Shown piece by piece: positions 51,141-60,329 of a DNA stretch of 64,000 nucleotides. Source of the DNA: a virus. Location of the stretch: IMG/VR virus record IMGVR_UViG_3300036770_002122, positions 29,198 to 93,197 of that record; one strand, 5' to 3'. Within the stretch, counting starts at the first letter, position 1; each line of letters opens with the position of its first letter. A program made the translations under genes and the position numbers. A model generated the notes under the pieces. The model saw only the letters and a list, made by a program, of their open reading frames with translations. It was not told the DNA's origin and did no database searches.

Positions 51141-51989
51141 ATGGCCACTAAAAAACAAAAGAATGAAGAGAAGACAGTACCAGTAGAGAAGGTGCAAGAG
51201 ATTGTTGAGCAACAAAATGCTGCACCACCTGCTACAGGTCAAAATCAAGTGCAGGTAAACGTAGATTTTCTACGTACTACTCGCGTACATATTGCTATGC
51301 CTTGTTATGGCGGAATGTTGACAGAATCAACATTCATGTCATTTATTAAATGGGCAAATACTGCCCGTCAACTTGGTATTGACTGGACATTAGAAACTAT
51401 GGTCAACGAAAGTTTGATCAGCCGCGCACGTAATACTCTTACTGCTAAGTTTCTAGATATGCCAGATGCTACACATCTATTTTTCGTAGATGCTGATATT
51501 GGCTGGGAACCATGGCACTTGCTAGTTTTATTGAACAGAGATGTAGACGTAATTGGTGGTCTGTACCCAATGAAGACTATGCCTATCAAATGGGTAGTAA
51601 ACGGATTTGACGGTGCAGAAGAAGGCCCAGATGGTCTACAAGAAGTTAGCAAGGCAGGTACAGGCTTCTTATTGATGAAGAAGCACGTATTTGAAAAGAT
51701 GAAGAGTCACCCTGCAGTAAAACAATATAAGAATGATATAGGTCTTGATCCTAAATACGATCAACACTTAAAGACATATTTTGATACAGCAGTTCGTCAG
51801 AATCGTTACTATTCTGAAGATTGGACTTTCTGTGAGAACTGGCGCGATCTTGGTGGCCGTATCTGGGTTGACAAGCGAGTTCTATTGCGTCATAGCGGTT
51901 CTTATGTATTCTGCATGGAGAATCAGCAGTACTTGATGGATAACATTGGCCCAATGTACGTCAAGGAACAAGAAGCAAAGAAAGCCTAA
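51141..51989 (+). CDS. GT-A fold glycosyltransferase
   Basis: IAMPCYGG, ESLISRARN, FFVDADI (DxD), GTGFLL, SEDW.FC. Confidence 0.85.
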   Translation: MATKKQKNEEKTVPVEKVQEIVEQQNAAPPATGQNQVQVNVDFLRTTRVHIAMPCYGGMLTESTFMSFIKWANTARQLGIDWTLETMVNESLISRARNTLTAKFLDMPDATHLFFVDADIGWEPWHLLVLLNRDVDVIGGLYPMKTMPIKWVVNGFDGAEEGPDGLQEVSKAGTGFLLMKKHVFEKMKSHPAVKQYKNDIGLDPKYDQHLKTYFDTAVRQNRYYSEDWTFCENWRDLGGRIWVDKRVLLRHSGSYVFCMENQQYLMDNIGPMYVKEQEAKKA

Positions 51990-52008
51990 TAGGGCAAGTA
52001 ACAGAAAT

Positions 52009-52033
52009 AGCCCCGAAAGGGGCTTTTTCTTTT
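52009..52033 (+). terminator. Rho-independent terminator
   Basis: agcccc-GAAA-ggggct followed by a T-rich run. Confidence 0.9.
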
Positions 52034-52087
52034 GTGTAGCGGATATCCGAAATATAGATAAATACTATATTATTGCGGATTACTTAT

Positions 52088-53269
52088 ATGAAATTTAATG
52101 AAATATTTGAAAGTACAGTCGCAGGTTCAGTAGCGTCAGTAGCAAAACCATTAGGCGAACTTCAAACAAGAAGCGAAACTCCACCTAAAAGTCCTAAAGT
52201 TATAAAAAACAAAAAGAAGTACGCTAATCAAATCAGCGAAAGTAAAATGAAAGATTTGGCCTATGATATTCAGCATTTAGATGCAGGAAACTTCATGAAA
52301 AAGTATGGTCAACCTAAAGATTATTTTACTAAAAAGTTAGGTAAACCTCCTGTAAGTGAAGCAGAGTTACAAGAAGATGATTTAATTGTGTTACCTGGCA
52401 TGCGCCGCATGAAAGATACTAGTTTTATTCCGCATGATAAAGATCGTCGTGACCATGAAGTAGAAATGGCACGTAGCGAACTATATGCTGCTGCTAAAGA
52501 TGCAATGCGTATCTATAAGATTATAGAAAATCGTACAGAAGATGAAGGTCTAATGGGTTGGCAGCAATCATATATCACACTCGCTAGTGATTATCTAAAC
52601 AGTGTAGCAGATAGTTTAGAACATCATGCAGCCACAGAAGGTGCAGGTGTTATTGCAGGTGGACAAGTTCAAGAGATTAGTGACTTCAAGCGTAGAGAAA
52701 TTGAGCAAGAGTTACGTCACGAAAAAAATAATTATGCTGTAGCAATAGACGGCAAAGTATGGAAAATTTTTCCTGATCAACAGCAAGCAAATAATATAGC
52801 ACGCTCACTGCAAAGAAAGGGTAAGAAGGCAACAGTACATTTAGCCGAGGCAAGAAGAGACCATTATACAACTAGAGTTGATGACGAAGGAAACGTAGTC
52901 AAAGTATATCCACCTAGCGGTCCAAAAACACAAAAGGCTTATGTCAAATCATTAGTCAAAAATTTAGGTTCATCACATATTGGTAAACGCGGTGAAAGCC
53001 CAAGAGGCGATAAAGTAGGCAAAGGTGCTAACCTAAAAGGAAGTGCAGTTGCTAAACTAAGTGGCGGAATGTCTAAAGTTGCTGAAGAAAAATGCCCACA
53101 CTGTGGCGGCGAATTAGTAGATGAATCATTGATGAATGAAAAGAAAGATGCTTGTTATAGCAAAGTAAAGAGCCGTTATAAAGTTTGGCCCTCAGCATAC
53201 GCAAGCGGCGCATTAGTCAAGTGCCGTAAAGTTGGTGCAAGTAACTGGGGCAACAAGAGTAAAAAATGA
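52088..53269 (+). CDS. Modular candidate internal head protein (start revised from 52073)
   Basis: MKFNEIFE|S; modules DHEVEMAR..., KDACYSKVKSRYKVWPSAYASG; late promoter 52058-52064. Confidence 0.65.
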   Translation: MKFNEIFESTVAGSVASVAKPLGELQTRSETPPKSPKVIKNKKKYANQISESKMKDLAYDIQHLDAGNFMKKYGQPKDYFTKKLGKPPVSEAELQEDDLIVLPGMRRMKDTSFIPHDKDRRDHEVEMARSELYAAAKDAMRIYKIIENRTEDEGLMGWQQSYITLASDYLNSVADSLEHHAATEGAGVIAGGQVQEISDFKRREIEQELRHEKNNYAVAIDGKVWKIFPDQQQANNIARSLQRKGKKATVHLAEARRDHYTTRVDDEGNVVKVYPPSGPKTQKAYVKSLVKNLGSSHIGKRGESPRGDKVGKGANLKGSAVAKLSGGMSKVAEEKCPHCGGELVDESLMNEKKDACYSKVKSRYKVWPSAYASGALVKCRKVGASNWGNKSKK

Positions 53270-53631
53270 GATATCGTCAAATACTAGAAGCATGTTGGAA
53301 AGGATACACACAGAAAGGCATGAAGTCTAAAGGTGGTCGTATGGTTCCAAACTGTGTTCCAGTAAGTGAACAAGAATTAGAAGAAGATTTACGCAAATGG
53401 TTCAAAGAAAAGTGGGTTCGTTTTGGACCAGACGGAAAGATTCGAGGTGATTGTGCTAGAGGCAGTAGTAGCGAGGGCAAGCCAAAGTGTTTGCCACAGA
53501 GTAAGGCACATAGTTTAGGAAAGAAAGGTCGAGCAAGCGCAGCAGCACGAAAGCGCAGAGAAGATCCTAATCCAGAACGTAGTGGCAAAGCAAAGAATGT
53601 GGCAACTAAAAGTAGCAGAGATAAAAAATGA
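53266..53631 (+). CDS. Basic Cys-containing two-module protein
   Basis: MRYRQILE|ACWKGY..VPNCVP; LEE|DLRKWFKEKWV..KPKCLP. Confidence 0.7.
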   Translation: MRYRQILEACWKGYTQKGMKSKGGRMVPNCVPVSEQELEEDLRKWFKEKWVRFGPDGKIRGDCARGSSSEGKPKCLPQSKAHSLGKKGRASAAARKRREDPNPERSGKAKNVATKSSRDKK

Positions 53632-56600
53632 GTAAAATTTTTGAAGGTCTAGACAAAGCAGCATCACGCCAAATACAAAATATTGTGCGTCAAAACCCTA
53701 AAGGTAGTGCTGACGAAAAAATGCTATTACAGCGTTATATAAAGACACCAATAGTTCAAGATTTTAACTTATCTCCTGAAGAATGGATAGGTCAGGCAAC
53801 AAAGTGGTTAGCAAGTAATCAAAATGATATTAAGAAAAACTATCCTGATGTTGATACAAGCGATCTAATTGATTTAGCAACTAAAATGTATGAAGATTTT
53901 CTTGCAATGCAAGGACAATTAGAAGAAGCACGCTGGAAAGGCAAAGTTATTGGCGGAATTACAGGTGGTCCGTTAGGAGCATTGGCAGCAGATCAAATTG
54001 AAAAATATATGAATGACCCTGAATATGCAGCGCAGGTTAATAAAAAATTTAGCGATTTAGTCAATGCAGCGAAGGGTAAGGCTCCAGATACGGCAGCACC
54101 TACTGCCTCACAAGCAGCAGAAAAACCAGCTGCAATACCTACAAAAGATAAACCAAGAGCAAGAGTTAATCCAGAAACAGGTGCGTTAGAACCTGTTAAA
54201 ACAACTCAGCCGGCATCAACAAAAACAACTAAACCAAAAGCAACTAAACCAAAAGCAACTAAAAAACCTACACCGTCTGTTGAACCACCACAAACTTTAG
54301 GACAGCAGATAGGTAAAAAAGGTTATGAACCTGATGTTCGTACTTGGAGAAACGTAGGTGACAAGGCTAGTGATGTAGCAAAGGTTGCTAGCAAGACACC
54401 AATTGGTAGAAAACTAGCAGGTTTAGGCGCAGCAGCAGGTATAGTTGGCGGAATCGGTTCACAAATGTATGCGGGTATAGAAGATAAGTTTAAAGAATTA
54501 ATCGGTAAAGATGCCGATAAACCAAAACCTGCACAAGCAGAAATTCCTCCTAACAAACCAGCCGCAAGTGCGCCAAATAAAGTTGAGACACCTCCTCCCC
54601 CACCACAATCATCTCAACCAGCAGTTGAACCTGAAAGTGATATTTTAGGTGCACCGGGAGCCGACACAGCAGAACGCACTACGCCTTTAGACGGACCAAC
54701 CGGTGGCACACCTCCAATAGGTACATCGTCAGAACCAGATATTTTAGGCGCGCCAGGTGCAGATGTTTCTGAACCAAATAGTCCTATCGATAGAGATAGA
54801 TCAAGAGATAGATCAACAGACGCAGTAATACCACAAAGACCAAAAAAGATTGAATACGATCAGCCCGAAATGCCATTTGAAAATACAGATGCAGTCGCAG
54901 TTCCCCAACCAACAGGCGGTGCTGTTAAGAAAGTAGCAAAAACTGTAGGTAAGGGAATTTTACCTGCTGCAACAGCATTAACTGTTGGCGATGATTACAA
55001 AGATTTACAAAAACGATTAGGTAGTAAAGATTATACAGGGGCAGCATTAAGAGGTGTTGCAACTACTACTGGTCTTATACCTCATTTGGGCGCACAAGCA
55101 GTATCAGCAGGTGCAGAAGGATTACTGGCTATGAAAGATAATCCTGAATATTTTAAAAATTATAAGCCAACTAGTTCAATTGGTAGAGGCATTAAAGAAG
55201 GCTACAGCGCAGGTGCAGTTGGTGGTACTGGATTAGGCGAGGGGGATAAACCACCTAAAGCAGGCTTCAATAAAAACCCGCACAAAGTAGGTCCAGGAAC
55301 TAGTAAAGACGATTACGAATATAAAAACTTTATTCCACGTGATAGAAAAGAAAAAGGCGAAGAGTGGGCAATTGCTAGAGATATCAAAAACGTAAACAGT
55401 AGATTAGGAAAGAAAAAGCCAAAAGAATTGAACACAGGTTTTTATAAAAACTATCTAGGCAATCGCCCAATACGAGAAGAAGAAATTGACGAGGCAGGTG
55501 GTCGTTTAGGTGCAATCAATACTGTAGCACAATTGTTTAAATCAATTGCTAAAGGTGGTGACCCTGTTGATATGGATATTCAACAGAGACAAATGAATGC
55601 ATTAATGCGCAAATATAATATTGATTATAAAGACATAGGTATTAAAAAACCTGCTGCTCAAACACCAAAACAAACAGCAAGTCCTGACATGAAGCCGGGT
55701 CAATATAAAACATGGGATCAAACACTTCCATCATTTGACGATGTACCTGCTGCAGGACAATATAAAACATGGATGCCAGATCCTTTAGAAGAAGTTAGTA
55801 ACTTTTTAGCATTGAAACAAAGAGACAACGAATTCAAAAAAATATTTGGTACTACTCCATTATACAAAGAAGGTGATAAAATAATCACAAAATTTAGTGA
55901 CACAACACCTAACTTTAAAGGTACAGTTGTGAATTTTGATGAAAAAACAAGAAAAACTACTATTAAAGGAGAAGATGGTACATTGTATTTTGTACATGCT
56001 CAAAACTTACAAAAAGTAAAAGAAACTATTAATACCCCGGGTGGTATGGGTCAAGCATATCGTAAACTAAAATTAAAACCTGATGAAATGGATGAAGGTA
56101 TTGCCGGCGCAGTTAAAAGTGGCACAAAGCGTATTGCTACTATGCGTAAATATTTTGCCGGTGACGAAACTGCGAAAGATCCAACAGATACAAGTATTCA
56201 ACGTGCTTGGTTCGCTGATCCTAAAAATCAATCACAGTTACAACCTAAGACAAATCAACAACCACAACCAGTAAAGGAATATGATGCAAATTTGATTAGT
56301 CAAATTGCAGCAGCAAATCAAATTAAAAATCCTGATTTAATTTATCCAGGACAAAAAATTACATTGCCATCTGGGGACAGTTATACTGTACAAAAAGGTG
56401 ATACATTAGGTGATATCGTTTATAATCGTAATAGGCCAGCAGTACAAGAGCCGGTCATCGCTCAACCTAAAATTGAAGTGCCTAAAGAAGTTCCTGTTAT
56501 AGAACCTAAGGCAGAACCACGTATCAGCAACAGATATCCTGATAGCGGTGTAAGTTCTGATAGTAAGTTTGTTGATGTTAGAAACAATCCAGGAAACTTA

Positions 56601-57275
56601 CGAGGTACAGATGCATTACGCAAACCAGGATATGTATTAGATAAAGCAGTTGGGTTTGATAAGAATGGATTTGCTATATTTAATAGTCCTGAAGATGGTA
56701 AAGAAGCAATGCGTAGACAACTAGAATTAGATGCATTGAAAAGGGGTATGACTGGTAGACAATTGATCAATAAATATGCCCCACCAAGTGACAACAATGA
56801 CACTGACGCATATATAAAAAATACTTTTGGTGAATTAGGATTAGATCCTGATAGTAAGATCAGTCCAGAAGATTTAGAAAAAATTCAACGTTTGATGGTT
56901 AGACAAGAGCATGGCAAAGAAGGCATGAATTTTTACTATCCACAACGTAGACAAATGGTAGCAAAGGTGAACGAAATGGAAATATTACAAAAATTTTTAG
57001 ATAAGAATATTGAAAAGGGTGCAGAAAAATTAGCACAAAAAGAAAAAGAAAAGGCTGCTAAAGAAAGACCAATACCAAATCCTAATGCAGAATATCAAGG
57101 TCCTAAATCAGCAGCATATGATATCAGTTTGCGTAAGCAAAGTGTTGATCCTGTTGATGTTGCAATGGCAGCACTTCCTAAAGATATTGAAGATGCTAAA
57201 AAGTTAAAGCAACAAGCAGGACAGGCACCAAAAGAAAGTTCAATATTAAAAGGAATTAAAGGACACAAATTTTGA
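53628..57275 (+). CDS. 1215-aa modular protein with SH3/KOW-like, LysM and lysozyme-like modules
   Basis: NPDLIYPGQKI/YTVQKGDTL; RNNPGNLR..KYAPP..NDT.AY; many x-x-E sites. Confidence 0.7.
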   Translation: MSKIFEGLDKAASRQIQNIVRQNPKGSADEKMLLQRYIKTPIVQDFNLSPEEWIGQATKWLASNQNDIKKNYPDVDTSDLIDLATKMYEDFLAMQGQLEEARWKGKVIGGITGGPLGALAADQIEKYMNDPEYAAQVNKKFSDLVNAAKGKAPDTAAPTASQAAEKPAAIPTKDKPRARVNPETGALEPVKTTQPASTKTTKPKATKPKATKKPTPSVEPPQTLGQQIGKKGYEPDVRTWRNVGDKASDVAKVASKTPIGRKLAGLGAAAGIVGGIGSQMYAGIEDKFKELIGKDADKPKPAQAEIPPNKPAASAPNKVETPPPPPQSSQPAVEPESDILGAPGADTAERTTPLDGPTGGTPPIGTSSEPDILGAPGADVSEPNSPIDRDRSRDRSTDAVIPQRPKKIEYDQPEMPFENTDAVAVPQPTGGAVKKVAKTVGKGILPAATALTVGDDYKDLQKRLGSKDYTGAALRGVATTTGLIPHLGAQAVSAGAEGLLAMKDNPEYFKNYKPTSSIGRGIKEGYSAGAVGGTGLGEGDKPPKAGFNKNPHKVGPGTSKDDYEYKNFIPRDRKEKGEEWAIARDIKNVNSRLGKKKPKELNTGFYKNYLGNRPIREEEIDEAGGRLGAINTVAQLFKSIAKGGDPVDMDIQQRQMNALMRKYNIDYKDIGIKKPAAQTPKQTASPDMKPGQYKTWDQTLPSFDDVPAAGQYKTWMPDPLEEVSNFLALKQRDNEFKKIFGTTPLYKEGDKIITKFSDTTPNFKGTVVNFDEKTRKTTIKGEDGTLYFVHAQNLQKVKETINTPGGMGQAYRKLKLKPDEMDEGIAGAVKSGTKRIATMRKYFAGDETAKDPTDTSIQRAWFADPKNQSQLQPKTNQQPQPVKEYDANLISQIAAANQIKNPDLIYPGQKITLPSGDSYTVQKGDTLGDIVYNRNRPAVQEPVIAQPKIEVPKEVPVIEPKAEPRISNRYPDSGVSSDSKFVDVRNNPGNLRGTDALRKPGYVLDKAVGFDKNGFAIFNSPEDGKEAMRRQLELDALKRGMTGRQLINKYAPPSDNNDTDAYIKNTFGELGLDPDSKISPEDLEKIQRLMVRQEHGKEGMNFYYPQRRQMVAKVNEMEILQKFLDKNIEKGAEKLAQKEKEKAAKERPIPNPNAEYQGPKSAAYDISLRKQSVDPVDVAMAALPKDIEDAKKLKQQAGQAPKESSILKGIKGHKF

Positions 57276-57430
57276 CACACTTAAGTGAAAATAATATAAG
57301 TTATTTTGCTCATTTAAAAAGAGCATGGCGTTGGGCATTTATATTATTAGTACATGGAATATTTCCAGAAATTTGGAAAACAAAAGTAAGTGATGAAATT
57401 TGTAAAAAAGATCAGGGGAATAACAAATGA
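57272..57430 (+). CDS. 52-aa protein (DUF6356-like) missing from the ORF track
   Basis: TTG start overlapping TGA; HLSENNISYFAHLKRAW..LVHGIFP. Confidence 0.6.
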   Translation: MTHLSENNISYFAHLKRAWRWAFILLVHGIFPEIWKTKVSDEICKKDQGNNK

Positions 57431-57546
57431 GACATTATAAATTTGAAGTACAATGCAAAAGTGGTCAAATTAAAGTATTTGAATGCGATGCAATAAATTT
57501 CCGTGAAGCAAGAAAATTGATGGACGCATTTATACAGGTAAACTGA
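57427..57546 (+). CDS. 39-aa protein missing from the ORF track
   Basis: MRHYKFEVQCKSG...FIQVN; AGGGG RBS; ATGA overlap. Confidence 0.55.
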   Translation: MRHYKFEVQCKSGQIKVFECDAINFREARKLMDAFIQVN

Positions 57547-57547
57547 C

Positions 57548-57988
57548 ATGTTAGCAGACAAATTAAAAGTATTATTAGCAAGTTCATATGCTTTTGTTAT
57601 TAAGGCACAGTATTTTCATTGGAATGTTGAAGGTCCAAACTTCCCGCAATACCATAAATTTTTCGGTAAATTATACGAAGAAGTTTATGCAAGTTTAGAT
57701 CAAACAGCAGAATACATTCGTATACTTGATAGTTATACACCGGGTAGTTTTGAGCGTTACAAAGAATTATCAATACTTCCCGATCAAACTATGGTACCAC
57801 GTGCTGAACTTATGTTTGCTGAATTGCAGAGCGACAACGAATTATTATTAAGTTTATTACAAGAATGCTTTGTCATAGCCGGTGAAGAGAATCAAAGAGG
57901 CATTGAAAATTATCTAGCAGAACGAATTGATGCTCATGGCAAACATGGTTGGATGATTAAGAGCGTTCTTAAAAAAGATAGACAGTAA
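57548..57988 (+). CDS. dps: Dps / ferritin-like DNA protection protein
   Basis: FHWNVEGPNF.QYH..F..LYEE, D..AE.IR, H.KH.WM. Confidence 0.92.
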   Translation: MLADKLKVLLASSYAFVIKAQYFHWNVEGPNFPQYHKFFGKLYEEVYASLDQTAEYIRILDSYTPGSFERYKELSILPDQTMVPRAELMFAELQSDNELLLSLLQECFVIAGEENQRGIENYLAERIDAHGKHGWMIKSVLKKDRQ

Positions 57989-57992
57989 TGAA

Positions 57993-58565
57993 ATGCGCAT
58001 ACGTGATCTTACTAATGAGGCAAGTCCAAATACACTAGAAGGAAGTTTAACAGACGATCTAGTGACTAGTAAGCAATGGTTGGCAAATAAGTTAAAAGAA
58101 GGTTTAGGTAATAAATGCGCAAGAACTATCTATGTATTAGGTAGTTGGTATGGTAATCTAGCATATATCTTACAAAAAGCCGGCATCGTCTTTGATCATA
58201 TCGTATTGATAGATATTGACGATAAAGTATTAAAGACCAGCGAACGTTTATTAAGACCATTATTTAATAATGGTCAATTAATATTTTTACATACAGATGC
58301 CAAAGATGTAGTTTATGATAAACCCGGTATAGTAATCAACACAAGCATCAATGATATGAGTACAGATTGGTACGATGCTGTGCCAGAAGGTATGCCGGTC
58401 GTTGTCCAAGGTCGTGATAGTGTCAGTGGTAGTAAAACTAAAATTGCTGATATGGAACAGTTTGATGATATGTTTCCAATGACTAGCATAAACTATCTAG
58501 GTAAAAAAGAACTGGAAGATCCAGAAACAGATTACACTCGCTATATGAAGATTGGTAGAAAATAA
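57993..58565 (+). CDS. Class I SAM-dependent methyltransferase-like protein
   Basis: VLGSWYG, IDID, VINTS, RYMKIG; N-terminus MRIRDLTNE|A. Confidence 0.7.
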   Translation: MRIRDLTNEASPNTLEGSLTDDLVTSKQWLANKLKEGLGNKCARTIYVLGSWYGNLAYILQKAGIVFDHIVLIDIDDKVLKTSERLLRPLFNNGQLIFLHTDAKDVVYDKPGIVINTSINDMSTDWYDAVPEGMPVVVQGRDSVSGSKTKIADMEQFDDMFPMTSINYLGKKELEDPETDYTRYMKIGRK

Positions 58566-59290
58566 TGCGTAGTAATGAATTCATATCAGAAAAATGGTCT
58601 GCGAAGTACAAGCGCAGTATCAACTGTAACAATCCAAAAGGATTCAGTCAACGTGCCCATTGTCAAGGACGTAAGAAAACTAATGAAGAATCAGTTGACG
58701 AAGTACGCAGGGATAAATTGGGTAAAGATGTCAATGCTAGATTTCGTGATGCAGGCTATAAAAAAGTAGGATCGGGCATAGATGCAAACGTATGGATGAA
58801 AGATTTGGGTACCGTAGTAAAAGTAATTATGCCCGAACTTGACCCAGATATGAGCATCAATCGTATGCAGACGTTTTATCAGTTTGCTAAACAACATCCA
58901 GAAATAGAAAATTTGCCCAGATTTAAAAAAGTAAACGGACGAGAGTTTTTAAAGTTTAATTTGGGTGGCGTTCCATTTATACAGTTTAATATGGAACAAC
59001 TTTATCCCATTAAAAAGGGCTCATTGGATGAATATGTTGTATGGTTTTTGTCGGGAGAGATTGACAAAAGTTGGAATACAGCATATAATAACTTAATTAA
59101 TTTTCCAGATTTTCGTAAAAAATTCAAAAACATCGACCTTGATAGTTTACAGACATACAAGAAGTTTTTTCAAGTGTTTAGTTTGCTTTACAAATTAGGT
59201 AGAAAAAACAAGTGGGGTTGGGATGCACATACTGAAAACGTGATGAAACGCGGTGACGGCACATTAGTCGTTACTGATCCCTGGGCATAA
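58565..59290 (+). CDS. Protein-kinase-fold enzyme fused to a basic two-Cys peptide
   Basis: VGSG...VW, VVKV, MEQL, DAHTENVM, VTDP. Confidence 0.7.
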   Translation: MRSNEFISEKWSAKYKRSINCNNPKGFSQRAHCQGRKKTNEESVDEVRRDKLGKDVNARFRDAGYKKVGSGIDANVWMKDLGTVVKVIMPELDPDMSINRMQTFYQFAKQHPEIENLPRFKKVNGREFLKFNLGGVPFIQFNMEQLYPIKKGSLDEYVVWFLSGEIDKSWNTAYNNLINFPDFRKKFKNIDLDSLQTYKKFFQVFSLLYKLGRKNKWGWDAHTENVMKRGDGTLVVTDPWA

Positions 59291-59317
59291 ATATATACAT
59301 ATAGTTGAGGAATTATT

Positions 59318-59707
59318 ATGAAGATTTTTGAAGTTATTGAAGCAAAGAAACTTGCAGGAAGTCAGGATGATCTTGACGATGTTATGGATAAGCCAGAAGA
59401 TCCAGATGCTGATAAAGTTCCTCACATTTTAATGCAATTGCGTAAAGCATTGGATGTTGACGGTAATTATCCTATTACTTTTAAAGATGGTAAGAAAGCA
59501 AAGTTGGGTATGCCTGAAATTGTTATGTTTGTCAAAAAGTATATGGGTCTAAATCCACAAGACAAAGAAGCATTACAAACACAAGCAAGTAATAGTCTAG
59601 AAGGCTTCATGGCTGCACTAAAGCAAGATTTCAAGAAACCAGAACTACCAAAAATCAAGGGTAGTCGTTATATGACTGGCTTTGCAGGAGACTTAGACGA
59701 CAAATGA
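59318..59707 (+). CDS. Candidate internal head protein
   Basis: MKIFEVIE|A; HILMQLRKALD..G..ITFKDG; late promoter 59287-59293. Confidence 0.6.
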   Translation: MKIFEVIEAKKLAGSQDDLDDVMDKPEDPDADKVPHILMQLRKALDVDGNYPITFKDGKKAKLGMPEIVMFVKKYMGLNPQDKEALQTQASNSLEGFMAALKQDFKKPELPKIKGSRYMTGFAGDLDDK

Positions 59708-60132
59708 AAAAGTTACTAATTTTGGCATTAGCCGCATTATCAGCGAGTGTATCAGCACAAACTCTATACAACTATAAAGTTGTCAAGGTAAGTGACGGTG
59801 ACACAATACAGTTTGAAGCACCATTTATGCAACAATATCTAGGTCTAAAGCCAGTATTGGCATTGCGTGTATTGGGTGTTGACACACCAGAGAAAGGTGG
59901 TCGCGCACAATGTCCTAGTGAAAATGAACTAGCACAAAAGGCTAGCGCATTCACTAAAGATGCGGTAGCAAAAGCAAAGACAATTCAATTTGAAATCAAA
60001 GACCACGATAAGTTTGGTGGTCGTGTATTGGGCGATGTATTTGTAGACGGCCAACGTTTATCAGAACTATTGATCAAAAATGGTTATGCCCGTGCTTACT
60101 TTGGTGAAAAGAAGCAGAGTTGGTGTAACTAA
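59704..60132 (+). CDS. Thermonuclease (SNase) with signal peptide
   Basis: MKKLLILALAALSASVSA; DGDTI, RVLGVDTPE, DKFGGRVLG, L..NGYAR.Y. Confidence 0.9.
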   Translation: MKKLLILALAALSASVSAQTLYNYKVVKVSDGDTIQFEAPFMQQYLGLKPVLALRVLGVDTPEKGGRAQCPSENELAQKASAFTKDAVAKAKTIQFEIKDHDKFGGRVLGDVFVDGQRLSELLIKNGYARAYFGEKKQSWCN

Positions 60133-60146
60133 TAGGAGATTCTATT

Positions 60147-60290
60147 ATGTTAGAAACACTATTTTGGATACTAGTCGGTGCATTCATTGGTTGGAACTTC
60201 CCTCAACCTAGTTTTGCAAAATCATTTCAAGAAAAATATTTGCAAAAACATATTGATAAAGTAAAAGCATTTTTACCTTTCTTCAAATAA
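60147..60290 (+). CDS. 47-aa membrane protein missing from the ORF track
   Basis: MLETLFWILVGAFIGWNFPQP...; AGGAG RBS. Confidence 0.75.
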   Translation: MLETLFWILVGAFIGWNFPQPSFAKSFQEKYLQKHIDKVKAFLPFFK

Positions 60291-60294
60291 GTTA

Positions 60295-60323
60295 TTGACT
60301 TTATAATAGTGTGATCATATAAT
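60295..60323 (+). promoter_or_regulatory. sigma70-type promoter
   Basis: TTGACT-N17-TATAAT, 6 nt before ATG 60330. Confidence 0.85.
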
Positions 60324-60329
60324 AACTAT

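Noticed and set aside
57272-57300. TTGACA-N17-TATAAG as a sigma70 promoter in a 270-nt intergenic gap
   Set aside because: The gap is filled by two coupled small ORFs and the TTG serves as a start codon; the -10 is imperfect, so promoter function is unsupported though not excluded.
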